DNA from: a virus
Taxonomy: Duplodnaviria; Caudoviricetes
Virus record (IMG/VR): IMGVR_UViG_3300014205_000170
Coordinates: 192,001 to 256,000 of that record
Direction: 5' to 3' (one strand)
DNA length: 64,000 nucleotides
Of the stretch, positions 30,579 through 39,233 are shown in pieces. Below the pieces are notes generated by a model that ran no database searches, had not been told where the DNA came from, and saw only the letters and a program-made list of their open reading frames with translations. Position 1 is the first letter of the stretch, and each line of letters opens with the position of its first letter. A program made the translations under genes and the position numbers.

Positions 30579-30952
30579 GTTAAAACATAAGAGTAATCTG
30601 AAGGTTCATAAATTTCCAAAACAGTATCTGAGAACATTCTTATTTCTTGTTTGTTACAACATTTACACACATTACTTGTTAAGAACAATGCATTCTCATC
30701 AGTATATTCCAGATGTAAATATTTGAAGGATTCTTTTGAAATTAAACAATTACGTAAATCCTTATTAGTAGTAAAAGACATTTCAAATAACACAACTTTA
30801 TCTTTAACATAAAAAAACACATGTGAATTTTCTTTATATTGATATACATCACATGAATTTATTAATTGCTCAAGATTAAACAAAATATTCTTTTGTGCAG
30901 ATACTCGTTTTTCTAAAAAAACTTTTCTTTGTATTGGAATTCGCAATATCAT
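30551..30952 (-). CDS. paralog family C protein with N-terminal LxEK tag
   Basis: IPIQRKVFLEK; FFYVKD..VLFE. Confidence 0.6.
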   Translation of the reverse strand: MILRIPIQRKVFLEKRVSAQKNILFNLEQLINSCDVYQYKENSHVFFYVKDKVVLFEMSFTTNKDLRNCLISKESFKYLHLEYTDENALFLTSNVCKCCNKQEIRMFSDTVLEIYEPSDYSYVLTCSNLYYQP

Positions 30953-31365
30953 TAATTTGGTGTCATTTTTACCGTATCTGATAAATTTCTAAAAACAATA
31001 CGATATTTATCATCATCTGATAACGAAAATAAATCGGCAATTTTCTGCCGAATCTTAACCTTATTAGAATAGGGTGCAGAATCTAAATGAAACTGCAATA
31101 CAGAGGAATTAAATATTAATTTTTCATCTAAATCACTATATATTTTAAAAATAGTAATTCCATCTTTTTTATAAACAACAGTATGTACTCTTTTATATAC
31201 AAACACCTTAGAATCTTCAAATAATAAATCTACCATAAATTCAACATTTTTCATTGGATGTTTTAATTTCTCAATTAAAATTCTACGCTTTGTATATTTG
31301 AACCTTTTAGGATTTTCAAGAAATTCTTCTATGTTCATTATATGACTTGTATTTTTGTTGCACAC
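30952..31365 (-). CDS. paralog family C protein with N-terminal LxEK tag
   Basis: KRRILIEK; VVYKKD..TIFK. Confidence 0.55.
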   Translation of the reverse strand: MCNKNTSHIMNIEEFLENPKRFKYTKRRILIEKLKHPMKNVEFMVDLLFEDSKVFVYKRVHTVVYKKDGITIFKIYSDLDEKLIFNSSVLQFHLDSAPYSNKVKIRQKIADLFSLSDDDKYRIVFRNLSDTVKMTPN

Positions 31366-31739
31366 TTCTTAACATGAGGAAACGTTGAAATGGAATTAAA
31401 AGAACACCCAAAATCACATTCTTGAATATTAGGAGAAATATATTTAGTAAACATTCTCATAATGTGTTGATGAATTACCGCATTTTGTTTTGCAAAAAAA
31501 CACCTATCTGCTTTAATTGGATTACATAAAAAATTCAAACTATTTTTATGAAATTGAATTTCAAAAATAACTTCTAAATTTTGTACATAAAAATAAGTGT
31601 TATTAAATTGATTTGAATGAAAAATGTTACATCCAGACAATTCTTCTTCAAAAAAAAGCTCTACATTATTATAGGTAATTGTAGTTTTTTCTGTTAACAC
31701 TCTTCTTTGTATAGGGATTTTAATATCATTATTCATCAA
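31338..31739 (-). CDS. paralog family C protein with N-terminal LxEK tag
   Basis: IPIQRRVLTEK; YFYVQN..VIFE. Confidence 0.6.
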   Translation of the reverse strand: MMNNDIKIPIQRRVLTEKTTITYNNVELFFEEELSGCNIFHSNQFNNTYFYVQNLEVIFEIQFHKNSLNFLCNPIKADRCFFAKQNAVIHQHIMRMFTKYISPNIQECDFGCSFNSISTFPHVKKCATKIQVI

Positions 31740-32185
31740 TACTTTTCAGTTATGACATTTCTTTTGCTTACTAATCTGTTTTTTTCAACTTCGCTTATGA
31801 AACGATTATAAACTTTATCAAACTCTTTTTTTGTAATTTCTACAAAGTCTGTTTGTAAATTCAAAAAATGATGCGCACTTTCATTCTCATAAGTAAGAAT
31901 GTGAGAAAAATCTGATTCTGATTTTATTGTTACACCTTTAATTTTTCCAGTTTGCATACAAAGCTCAGAAAAAAATCTGTATTTTATATCATAAGAGTTT
32001 GGCCCCAAATTTTGTTTGAAATATTTTCCAACAAAAGAATTTAAAAATATATTTTCGTTTTTACGTTTTTCATCGTTTATTTTTTGTCTAACCTCTTCCA
32101 ATTCGGCTACGAGAATTGCTTCTTTATCTTTTAAAGCATGAAATCTTTCAAGTAAATTTTGGAATGTTTTGTCTTTTTTAGTCAT
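31736..32185 (-). CDS. hypothetical protein with C-terminal LxEK-like tag
   Basis: N-terminal coiled coil; ends KRNVITEKY. Confidence 0.6.
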   Translation of the reverse strand: MTKKDKTFQNLLERFHALKDKEAILVAELEEVRQKINDEKRKNENIFLNSFVGKYFKQNLGPNSYDIKYRFFSELCMQTGKIKGVTIKSESDFSHILTYENESAHHFLNLQTDFVEITKKEFDKVYNRFISEVEKNRLVSKRNVITEKY

Positions 32186-32200
32186 TTAAATTTTAGTTTT

Positions 32201-33259
32201 TCATTCATTAAAAAAATCTCTGTTAAGTAAATTCCATTCACGCTCAATATATTTTTCATCTATTTTTCTTTTCTTTAAAGCACCTTTCCCTTCCTTCAAA
32301 ATTAAAGAAATAATATATTTTAAATCAAGTTTTCTATGAGTTTTTAAAAGTTCTATTAAACCTTCCTTACCATTTTTTTCATAAAACTTTGCAATGTCAT
32401 CTTTAATTTCAACAAAATAAACATCCAATCCACATTCAACAAGCTTATTATACATATCTATTGAATCTTTTAAGGCATCCTCATCCAAACATAAGATAAT
32501 CTTAGTTTTGTGCTTTACGAGCTTCTCTAAAATAATGTCTGGCATTTCCTTTCCTAATAATGGGAGACAATTATAGAGAGGAAGCATATCAAAAGGACCT
32601 TCTACAATATAAACCGGTAAATCGAAGTTTATATTCAAAGCATTAAAAATAACAGCGCTTTTTGAAGGTTCATCTGGTTTATAATAATTGGGTTTAATCC
32701 AAGGAAGATAAGACCTTGCTTCATAATAATTTATGTCACCATTTTTATTGTAAGATGGAATAATAATTCGAAATTTTCTGGGCCCGGATTCTGTATAGCC
32801 GATTTCATATTTCTTTATTAGCTTATCATCAATACCTCTAGAACGAAGATACTCTAAGGCTTTATAATAATATTTGGAGTTCCACTTCTTTGTTAAAATA
32901 CGATACCCCTCTGGTAGTTCGCATGTAATGTACTCATCAAATTGCTGCTTTTGTTTTTCCTGGTTCTTGTATTTCTTTAATTTATCAGAAGGAACCAGTT
33001 CTTGAATACGAACATAATCATCTTCTGTTCCATAATCTTCAAATACTCTATGAACAAAACCCTTGTAATTACACTTCCAACATCTGAAAATATTTAATTC
33101 AGGAGAAAAATTGAGATTATACTTACCCCTATCGTGTTTACAAGTGTTTGAAGGACAATTGAACTCATACTCATCCAGATTATCAAAGTCTTTCTTGGGG
33201 TCTCTTAAGACCTTTTTAAGCATTGAAATAATAATGGATTTGATGTCAAGTTGATTCAC
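32201..33259 (-). CDS. DNA primase (Zn finger + TOPRIM)
   Basis: CPSNTC...CWKC, YLRSRGI, RIIIPSY, IVEGPFD, LDED. Confidence 0.88.
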   Translation of the reverse strand: MNQLDIKSIIISMLKKVLRDPKKDFDNLDEYEFNCPSNTCKHDRGKYNLNFSPELNIFRCWKCNYKGFVHRVFEDYGTEDDYVRIQELVPSDKLKKYKNQEKQKQQFDEYITCELPEGYRILTKKWNSKYYYKALEYLRSRGIDDKLIKKYEIGYTESGPRKFRIIIPSYNKNGDINYYEARSYLPWIKPNYYKPDEPSKSAVIFNALNINFDLPVYIVEGPFDMLPLYNCLPLLGKEMPDIILEKLVKHKTKIILCLDEDALKDSIDMYNKLVECGLDVYFVEIKDDIAKFYEKNGKEGLIELLKTHRKLDLKYIISLILKEGKGALKKRKIDEKYIEREWNLLNRDFFNE

Positions 33260-33263
33260 TTAA

Positions 33264-33293
33264 CAAATATACAAAAAAGTACTTGTTTTTCAA
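33264..33293 (-). promoter_or_regulatory. Bacteroidota housekeeping promoter TTG-N19-TATATTTG
   Basis: Both -33 and -7 elements with a 19-nt spacer directly upstream of the primase. Confidence 0.65.
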
Positions 33294-33316
33294 TTAAGAC
33301 TAGAATAAAAACTTAA

Positions 33317-33393
33317 CGCACACCCTCCTATGTCAGGGGTAAATCAAATTACCCCCTCCTAGATAAGGGGGTAAAGCTTTTCTTTTATACTAA
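33317..33393 (+). repeat. left arm of ~75-bp inverted repeat with internal hairpins
   Basis: Reverse complement of 34048..34121 with 3 single-base indels and 2 substitutions. Confidence 0.92.
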
Positions 33394-33487
33394 GCTACAA
33401 AAGGATTTTCAAGAAGTCAAACTGCCCTAATTAAGGAGTAATTCGTTTTCTGCAAAGAGTTCTAAAAATTTGGGTTCTAATGTTTTT

Positions 33488-33778
33488 TTAAAATGGGTGT
33501 TCTTCTTTTTCTGTAAGAACCTGTGCTTGTGTTTCAAACCAATTACCCATTTCTACAATTTGATTTGTCTCTCCATCTTCAAATATAGCTTCTAATATAG
33601 AAACAAATTGTAAAGTTGTATCAAAATCTTTAATAATCCATTTTGGATTACGCTCTAAGTTACCATATTTTTTTTTGAAGGCTTTATAGTTCAACATATT
33701 TATGTCCCAAGCTAGAGACATATCAGTTAATTCTCCTGAAAATATTACACCTTTTTTATCTTGAATTTGATATCTCAT
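33488..33778 (-). CDS. hypothetical protein with LxEK tag, inside the inverted repeat
   Basis: QAQVLTEK near the C-terminus. Confidence 0.55.
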   Translation of the reverse strand: MRYQIQDKKGVIFSGELTDMSLAWDINMLNYKAFKKKYGNLERNPKWIIKDFDTTLQFVSILEAIFEDGETNQIVEMGNWFETQAQVLTEKEEHPF

Positions 33779-33915
33779 TTATTTTCTTTTGGTGGATTTT
33801 TAGTTTGTTCTGCTGGAGGGTTGTTAATGGGCTTATCTGGTGATTCGCAAGGTCTTCCTGGTTTCATTGGTCCTTCTTTCGCAGGTTCTGTAAAAATTTC
33901 TTTTCCTTTTGACAT
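33775..33915 (-). CDS. 46-aa Pro/Lys-rich peptide (not in ORF track)
   Basis: MSKGKEIFTEPAKEGPMKPGRPCESPDKPINNPPAEQTKNPPKENK; stop overlaps the next ATG (ATGA). Confidence 0.5.
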   Translation of the reverse strand: MSKGKEIFTEPAKEGPMKPGRPCESPDKPINNPPAEQTKNPPKENK

Positions 33916-34047
33916 TAATAGTTATTTTAATAATAAAATTAAAATTTTAGAATATAAAGTAAAGTACAATCTTAATTTTAACAGAAAAATACATTGTTCA
34001 TACCTCTTAATTAAGGTAGTTTGCTTTCTTGGAAACTACTGTATATT

Positions 34048-34121
34048 TTAGTATAAAAGAAAAGCTTTACCCCTTATCTAGGAGGAGTAATTTGATTTAC
34101 CCATGACATAGGAGGTGTGCG
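34048..34121 (-). repeat. right arm of ~75-bp inverted repeat
   Basis: Partner of 33317..33393. Confidence 0.92.
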
Positions 34122-34125
34122 AAAC

Positions 34126-34401
34126 TTAAACAAAGTTTGCTACTCCATTAGTTATTATATAATGAGACTTACATTCGAATCTATGTGCCAATGATGGTGC
34201 GATTGTTACTTTGCCATCATTTTGAATTAGCGACCATTCTCCTTGCATTATAGGAATATAAACTTTTTGACCACACCCACACAAACAAAGGTGTCCGGAG
34301 CCATGATATTGTTCAGAATAATATATTATATTAGGCTCATAAACTTCTGGCATTGTTTCAACAAGCACTAAATCAACACTTACTTTTTTTAGTGTTTTCA
34401 T
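34126..34401 (-). CDS. DUF6527-like small Cys/His protein
   Basis: HLCLCGCG...TIAPSL...CKSHYIITNG. Confidence 0.7.
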   Translation of the reverse strand: MKTLKKVSVDLVLVETMPEVYEPNIIYYSEQYHGSGHLCLCGCGQKVYIPIMQGEWSLIQNDGKVTIAPSLAHRFECKSHYIITNGVANFV

Positions 34402-34403
34402 TT

Positions 34404-34946
34404 TTAAACTGCTTTTAAAGTTTTCTGCTTAATTTTAGAAACAACATGCGCCATTCCAACCACATAAGCATCAGTAGAATCATAAGTACCTTCAACCAAT
34501 TTACCCATTTTGGTATACTTCCAATTAATAGTCGGTTCTGCTTGCATAACCGCTTCCCATACAAGGTTTTTTTTGTTGGGATGCGATTGAGGAATGGCCA
34601 AATTTGGAAACGTTAACTTCCTGGCTGTTTGAACATTATAATAGATTGGTTCAACCTTATGTTTTCTATATAAAAAGCCAGATATTAAACTATTCATCTG
34701 GGTCAACTTTTGAATTGTTTGAGCATTAGAAAATTTACCTTTAAATCTCAATAATGGCTCTTCAATAACGATTTCTTCAAAATTCAGATTGTATTTCTCT
34801 AAAAATTCGATAAAAATATCTAGTTTTCTAAACAAACTCTTTTCTTTTGCATTGAATTTTAAGTAAGTTAATTCATGTAGTTTATAATTACCATCAAAGA
34901 TGGCTAAACCAATTACAGAAGTGGATATATCTAAGGCTAATAACAT
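34404..34946 (-). CDS. RuvC-like Holliday junction resolvase
   Basis: LALDISTSVIG, IVIEEP, K..V, YDSTDAY; start reassigned to MLLALD. Confidence 0.75.
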   Translation of the reverse strand: MLLALDISTSVIGLAIFDGNYKLHELTYLKFNAKEKSLFRKLDIFIEFLEKYNLNFEEIVIEEPLLRFKGKFSNAQTIQKLTQMNSLISGFLYRKHKVEPIYYNVQTARKLTFPNLAIPQSHPNKKNLVWEAVMQAEPTINWKYTKMGKLVEGTYDSTDAYVVGMAHVVSKIKQKTLKAV

Positions 34947-35014
34947 AATCCTACTAATATAATTAGTATCCTTGAAAAAGGAAATATTAAAGAAATATTC
35001 TTTACCTTTACAAG

Positions 35015-35293
35015 GTGAGTGCAATTTTCATAGATAACAATCAACAGTTGGGTAATACAATTTTAGTTACCGGTTTTATACGACATGAATATATTTCTTT
35101 AAAAGGATATATAAGCAGTATAGTAAACATGTCTAGTCTTCGTACGTTAAACTCCCATTTAGAAATCAATTTTATTGCAAAAAATAAACGTTATAAATGT
35201 GCGCGAGGGTTTAATTCTCTTCTTTTAATAACTAGAACAGTATTAATTGAAAAACAACATAAACACTATACAACAAAGAAAGTGGAACGGTGA
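35015..35293 (+). CDS. array 1 member 1 (GDT..KG family, LxEK tag)
   Basis: LGNTI, LKGYI, TRTVLIEK. Confidence 0.65.
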   Translation: MSAIFIDNNQQLGNTILVTGFIRHEYISLKGYISSIVNMSSLRTLNSHLEINFIAKNKRYKCARGFNSLLLITRTVLIEKQHKHYTTKKVER

Positions 35294-35547
35294 GCCATAA
35301 TACATCGCAAATAGAAAATAATCACGAGTTAGGTAGTACCATATTAGTAGATGGTATTCTTAATCATCAGACTATTTTATTAAAAGGATGTATAATACAT
35401 GTTATGACTAGAGTTGCTGCTGTTTCTTATAATGAAATTTTTTTTGTGACAAAAAATAAAAATTATAAAATTTCACGCGAATTAGATTATTCCTTTAGAA
35501 TAACCAGAACAGTATTGTTAGAAAAAAATATAATAAGAAATGTATGA
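35290..35547 (+). CDS. array 1 member 2
   Basis: LGSTI, LKGCI, TRTVLLEK; close paralog of member 1. Confidence 0.65.
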   Translation: MSHNTSQIENNHELGSTILVDGILNHQTILLKGCIIHVMTRVAAVSYNEIFFVTKNKNYKISRELDYSFRITRTVLLEKNIIRNV

Positions 35548-35785
35548 TATAGGTACTACATTTATAACCCAAGAGAAGAACGGTCCTTTAATAAAAGGAC
35601 ATATAGATAAAATTCAACTTATGCCACACAATTTACATGGTAAATGTGGTTATACTGCAATTTTTTGTATGCTAGGTAAGGATAAATTTACTACATTAAT
35701 ACATAAACATGGGAAAAAACGACCATTTCAATATGCTAAAATAGTATTACTAGAAAAATTATCTTTGAAATACAAAGTAACATAA
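35540..35785 (+). CDS. array 1 member 3
   Basis: IGTTF, IKGHI, AKIVLLEK. Confidence 0.65.
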   Translation: MYDIGTTFITQEKNGPLIKGHIDKIQLMPHNLHGKCGYTAIFCMLGKDKFTTLIHKHGKKRPFQYAKIVLLEKLSLKYKVT

Positions 35786-35798
35786 ACAAACTTTTAAG

Positions 35799-36032
35799 AT
35801 GTTCCAGTTCATTATAAACATATTTGAACGTTTAGATAAAGAAAGAGATGAAAAACTTTATCAACAACGCCTTAAAGAATACTACCACGATGTAGCAATG
35901 TATCACAATAAATGTACAAGAAAAACTTTGATAGAGAAGAACAATAATGAAAGCAATAATAGAATTTTACCAATTATCCATCCTAGTGCATTTAAAGTAG
36001 CTGTTGGCACTCATAATAGAAGAAATAAATAA
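35799..36032 (+). CDS. array 1 member 4 (tag only, no GDT head)
   Basis: TRKTLIEK. Confidence 0.5.
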   Translation: MFQFIINIFERLDKERDEKLYQQRLKEYYHDVAMYHNKCTRKTLIEKNNNESNNRILPIIHPSAFKVAVGTHNRRNK

Positions 36033-36036
36033 CAAA

Positions 36037-36327
36037 ATGACTTTAGGTGATACAGTAGAAATATATTTTATAATACATAGCACAAACCATTTTATAAATT
36101 CTATTAAAGGATATGTTGTTGAAAAAAAAGGTACTGTTGCAAATCAAAATATTAATATAATATGTAACAATCAATTGTTTGGTATTTTATCATATGATAC
36201 TCAATTTTATGTTTATCAATGGCATAAAAACAAAGCTTTTCCAATACTTATTTATTACTATAATACTCCTAAGTTAAATTATAAATATAGTAGTGTGGTT
36301 TTAATAGAAAAAAAATATCGTGTATAA
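36037..36327 (+). CDS. array 1 member 5
   Basis: MTLGDTV, IKGYV, SSVVLIEK; start reassigned to ATG 36037. Confidence 0.65.
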   Translation: MTLGDTVEIYFIIHSTNHFINSIKGYVVEKKGTVANQNINIICNNQLFGILSYDTQFYVYQWHKNKAFPILIYYYNTPKLNYKYSSVVLIEKKYRV

Positions 36328-36652
36328 TTTTCAAATCGGAGATACAGTAGAGATTTTTTTAACTAAAAACAACATGCCTGAATTTTTAAAACATCAGCAG
36401 GGATGTGTTGCGTATATTTTTCAAGATAACGAAGAATCGTTAGATTTACGTTTAGTGAAAAATAATAAAATTTCTTATAAAGTTATAAGAGTTTATATGG
36501 ATACAACTTCCAAGAAAAGAGCAACATGTTTTGAAACATTTTCTGATAATTATGATGTAATTATTTGGAATTGTGAAAATGGTGATTTTTTCACTGTTCA
36601 TGTACAAGGAAAAAGAATACCGTTAATCGAAAAAAGCTTATTATGGTATTAG
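36320..36652 (+). CDS. array 1 member 6
   Basis: FQIGDTV, QGCV, KRIPLIEK. Confidence 0.65.
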   Translation: MYNFQIGDTVEIFLTKNNMPEFLKHQQGCVAYIFQDNEESLDLRLVKNNKISYKVIRVYMDTTSKKRATCFETFSDNYDVIIWNCENGDFFTVHVQGKRIPLIEKSLLWY

Positions 36653-36939
36653 GAAATACAGTTAAAATATCTTTTTTTAACGCAGAGAAAAATTATAAAA
36701 AATCTTTTAAAGGATACATTTTTAAATTACCTAGACATAATAAAGAAAAAGTATGTGATGTTTATTTAGCTTTAAATAACATTAAAAGAATAAGACTATT
36801 TAAATGGCCTTTTGAAAAAGAAGTTTATGTTTTTACGGCTAACGAGGCATATGCCAAAAGAATAGATAAGTTTGATGCTAGTTCTTTTAAAATAAAAGAA
36901 ACAAAAATAGTATTATTAGAAAAATTACGTTATGTATAA
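36643..36939 (+). CDS. array 1 member 7
   Basis: LGNTV, FKGYI, TKIVLLEK. Confidence 0.65.
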   Translation: MVLGNTVKISFFNAEKNYKKSFKGYIFKLPRHNKEKVCDVYLALNNIKRIRLFKWPFEKEVYVFTANEAYAKRIDKFDASSFKIKETKIVLLEKLRYV

Positions 36940-37258
36940 TTTTATAGAAGGAGACACAATACAAATTAGATTAATTAACAGAAGAAAGAAACGTCAGTCT
37001 ATTTCATTTGGTTCAAAAGGATATGTTGTTATAAATAACAACAATGAAGAATGTGACTATACAATAGCAAAAAATTCTAGTAGTCTACATAGATATGTAT
37101 ATTTTAAAGAAAAAAAAATATTTGTTGTATATAAAAGTTGTTGGGATAGAAAACTAAAAAAAGCGACGGTTACGCAAGAAAACTCAGATATATTTAAAAA
37201 TTTCTTTATAAAAATCTCATTAGCAAAAACTGTTTTAACAGAAAAAACATGGCTTTAA
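36932..37258 (+). CDS. array 1 member 8
   Basis: EGDTI, SKGYV, AKTVLTEK. Confidence 0.65.
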   Translation: MYNFIEGDTIQIRLINRRKKRQSISFGSKGYVVINNNNEECDYTIAKNSSSLHRYVYFKEKKIFVVYKSCWDRKLKKATVTQENSDIFKNFFIKISLAKTVLTEKTWL

Positions 37259-37596
37259 ATTGTCAATTAGGCGATACAATTGAAATTTATTTTTTCGATG
37301 AAACTTCAACATTATTGTTAGGTTGTGACAAAACTTACATTGTAAAATGTTCGAACAAATATAGTCCAATAAAAATTTATAATTTTATAAATAAAAAAAA
37401 TTCTTTTATAGTAAGAAACGGATTTACTATTGAGCCCCTTTATCTTTCTGGATATAGCATCAACAAAGCTGATTCGACCCAGTTATTAGGGCTTTTAAAA
37501 TGTACTAATCATACAAAATGTAAATTACATTTCAAAAACATTAGAATGGTTCTTACAGAAAAAGAAGAATCTTTTTTTAAGCCTTTTTATGATTGA
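37249..37596 (+). CDS. array 1 member 9
   Basis: QLGDTI, KTYIV, IRMVLTEK. Confidence 0.65.
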   Translation: MALNCQLGDTIEIYFFDETSTLLLGCDKTYIVKCSNKYSPIKIYNFINKKNSFIVRNGFTIEPLYLSGYSINKADSTQLLGLLKCTNHTKCKLHFKNIRMVLTEKEESFFKPFYD

Positions 37597-37612
37597 GTAA
37601 TACTATCAAAAT

Positions 37613-38776
37613 TTACATCTCTAAATCAATCGTAAAATTGAATAGATTTGTATAAGTCTTTTGGTAAGGCTCTGATAATTTTGCCATAGCAATTAATTCT
37701 CCTAAAGTATTATATAAACCAACAGTACTAATATATACTGGGTCATAAGAAATAATAGTTGAATTCTCATCTTGGGCAGCAATTGCTGCTTCTCTATTCC
37801 AAGTAGAGTTGTTTGAAATGTAAAATTCTTTTGGCAATGCTAAACATACCGCAGTTTGTTTGAAACTCGTATTGATGTCTTCAAATATAAGTTCCGCAGC
37901 CGGCTCAGATGTTATCGTAACACCTGTAAAATAAATTCCTGTTTTACCTGACACTTGACTATCATCAACATAAGGAACAGCATTTTGTGTAAGTCCTGAA
38001 CTCCAAGGAATATTTGAAGTAATAGCACTATGAGTAATAACAGCATATCCTTTATCTAAAACAACAAATCCACAAGGAATATCATAATTATATCCTGGTC
38101 TGTTATTTGGATAAAAGTTTCCAACGTTATTTGAAAAATTAATATTGGTTCTTAAATCGCTTGCTACATTATATGTATCAAGATATCTTTTTACTTCTTG
38201 ATATTGTACTGCAGAAGGTCTCTTTAAAAAATTAGTTGGGTCTGGATTCCAAGTTGTATTGGCTGAGTGCGATATTAACACACCGATTTCATTAATGGTA
38301 TGACCTGTATATGGTTTATTAATAGAATCAGAAAATAAGAAAACAACATTATCTCCAAGTAATGGATTAGTTTCAGACTTTACAATTTTATCACTCGTAT
38401 AAGTACTAGAATATAATGTTATTGCTGATAAAGTTGGAAATGTAGTTCCATTTTGAGGTACATTCATTTCAATGGTACGACCATCAATAAATTCAGAGTA
38501 TTCAGATGCTGGAATTGGAACTATAACGATTCTGTCTACGTTCAATTGTTGCAATTCAGGGTACAATAATGATAAAGTTGAACCTGTTGTTAAATCAGAT
38601 TCTGCTGTTGGCAAATTGAAAGAAACAAAATAGTTTCCTTTCTTATCTGATAGCAAATCTCTATCACATAACGTAAAACCTAAGCTACCGCCAAAGACAT
38701 CTTTAACGTCACTTTCTTCTGTTTGAACGCTTAATACTGAACTTACAGCTTTCGTATATTTTGGGTCTACTACCAT
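37613..38776 (-). CDS. virion tail/baseplate structural protein
   Basis: C-terminal YISTVGLYN..GELIAMAKLSEP..K...FTIDLEM motif typical of tail-collar/fibre attachment proteins. Confidence 0.65.
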   Translation of the reverse strand: MVVDPKYTKAVSSVLSVQTEESDVKDVFGGSLGFTLCDRDLLSDKKGNYFVSFNLPTAESDLTTGSTLSLLYPELQQLNVDRIVIVPIPASEYSEFIDGRTIEMNVPQNGTTFPTLSAITLYSSTYTSDKIVKSETNPLLGDNVVFLFSDSINKPYTGHTINEIGVLISHSANTTWNPDPTNFLKRPSAVQYQEVKRYLDTYNVASDLRTNINFSNNVGNFYPNNRPGYNYDIPCGFVVLDKGYAVITHSAITSNIPWSSGLTQNAVPYVDDSQVSGKTGIYFTGVTITSEPAAELIFEDINTSFKQTAVCLALPKEFYISNNSTWNREAAIAAQDENSTIISYDPVYISTVGLYNTLGELIAMAKLSEPYQKTYTNLFNFTIDLEM

Positions 38777-38792
38777 GATTGATTAATTTTTA

Positions 38793-39209
38793 TTATTGAG
38801 TTGATGTATTTGTTACTGTTGTATTTTGACTTGCAATATTTGGAGGATAAGAAAATATAATTCTAAAAGTTCCAATTTCAGAAGGCTTAATTGATTTTGT
38901 TGCTGTTCCTGTAAAATAAAAATTCATAATTTTTGTTCTACCTCTAAAGTCTTGGGCATATTTAACACCTTCCATAGTTGTATCAACAAAATCTTTCAAA
39001 GCAGTTTTTAAACCATCCTCAAATTGTGTCATTGGTGTCCAAACAGCAGCATCTTGAGATTTAATGGGTTGAACCGCATTATTTTCCAAAGATGTATTTG
39101 GAGGCAATACCGGAGTAGGTCCAGTATTTGAATTTATTTGTTGTTCTGAAAAACTTGAATCGGAAGCCGGAGCTTGAGTAGTTGTTATGTTTACAGTTGA
39201 GTTTGCCAT
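38793..39209 (-). CDS. hypothetical protein in structural operon
   Basis: S/T/P-rich ORF between structural genes. Confidence 0.5.
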   Translation of the reverse strand: MANSTVNITTTQAPASDSSFSEQQINSNTGPTPVLPPNTSLENNAVQPIKSQDAAVWTPMTQFEDGLKTALKDFVDTTMEGVKYAQDFRGRTKIMNFYFTGTATKSIKPSEIGTFRIIFSYPPNIASQNTTVTNTSTQ

Positions 39210-39233
39210 TTTATGTCTTTTTATATTTTATTA

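Noticed and set aside
33317-34121. CRISPR array or IS element
   Set aside because: Only two inverted copies, no spacer periodicity and no transposase between the arms.
35015-37596. LxEK motif as a DNA-level recombination site (integron- or shufflon-like cassette ends)
   Set aside because: The underlying DNA varies synonymously (e.g. ttgatagagaag vs ttactagaaaaa), is always in frame, and no palindromic att sites or integrase are visible.
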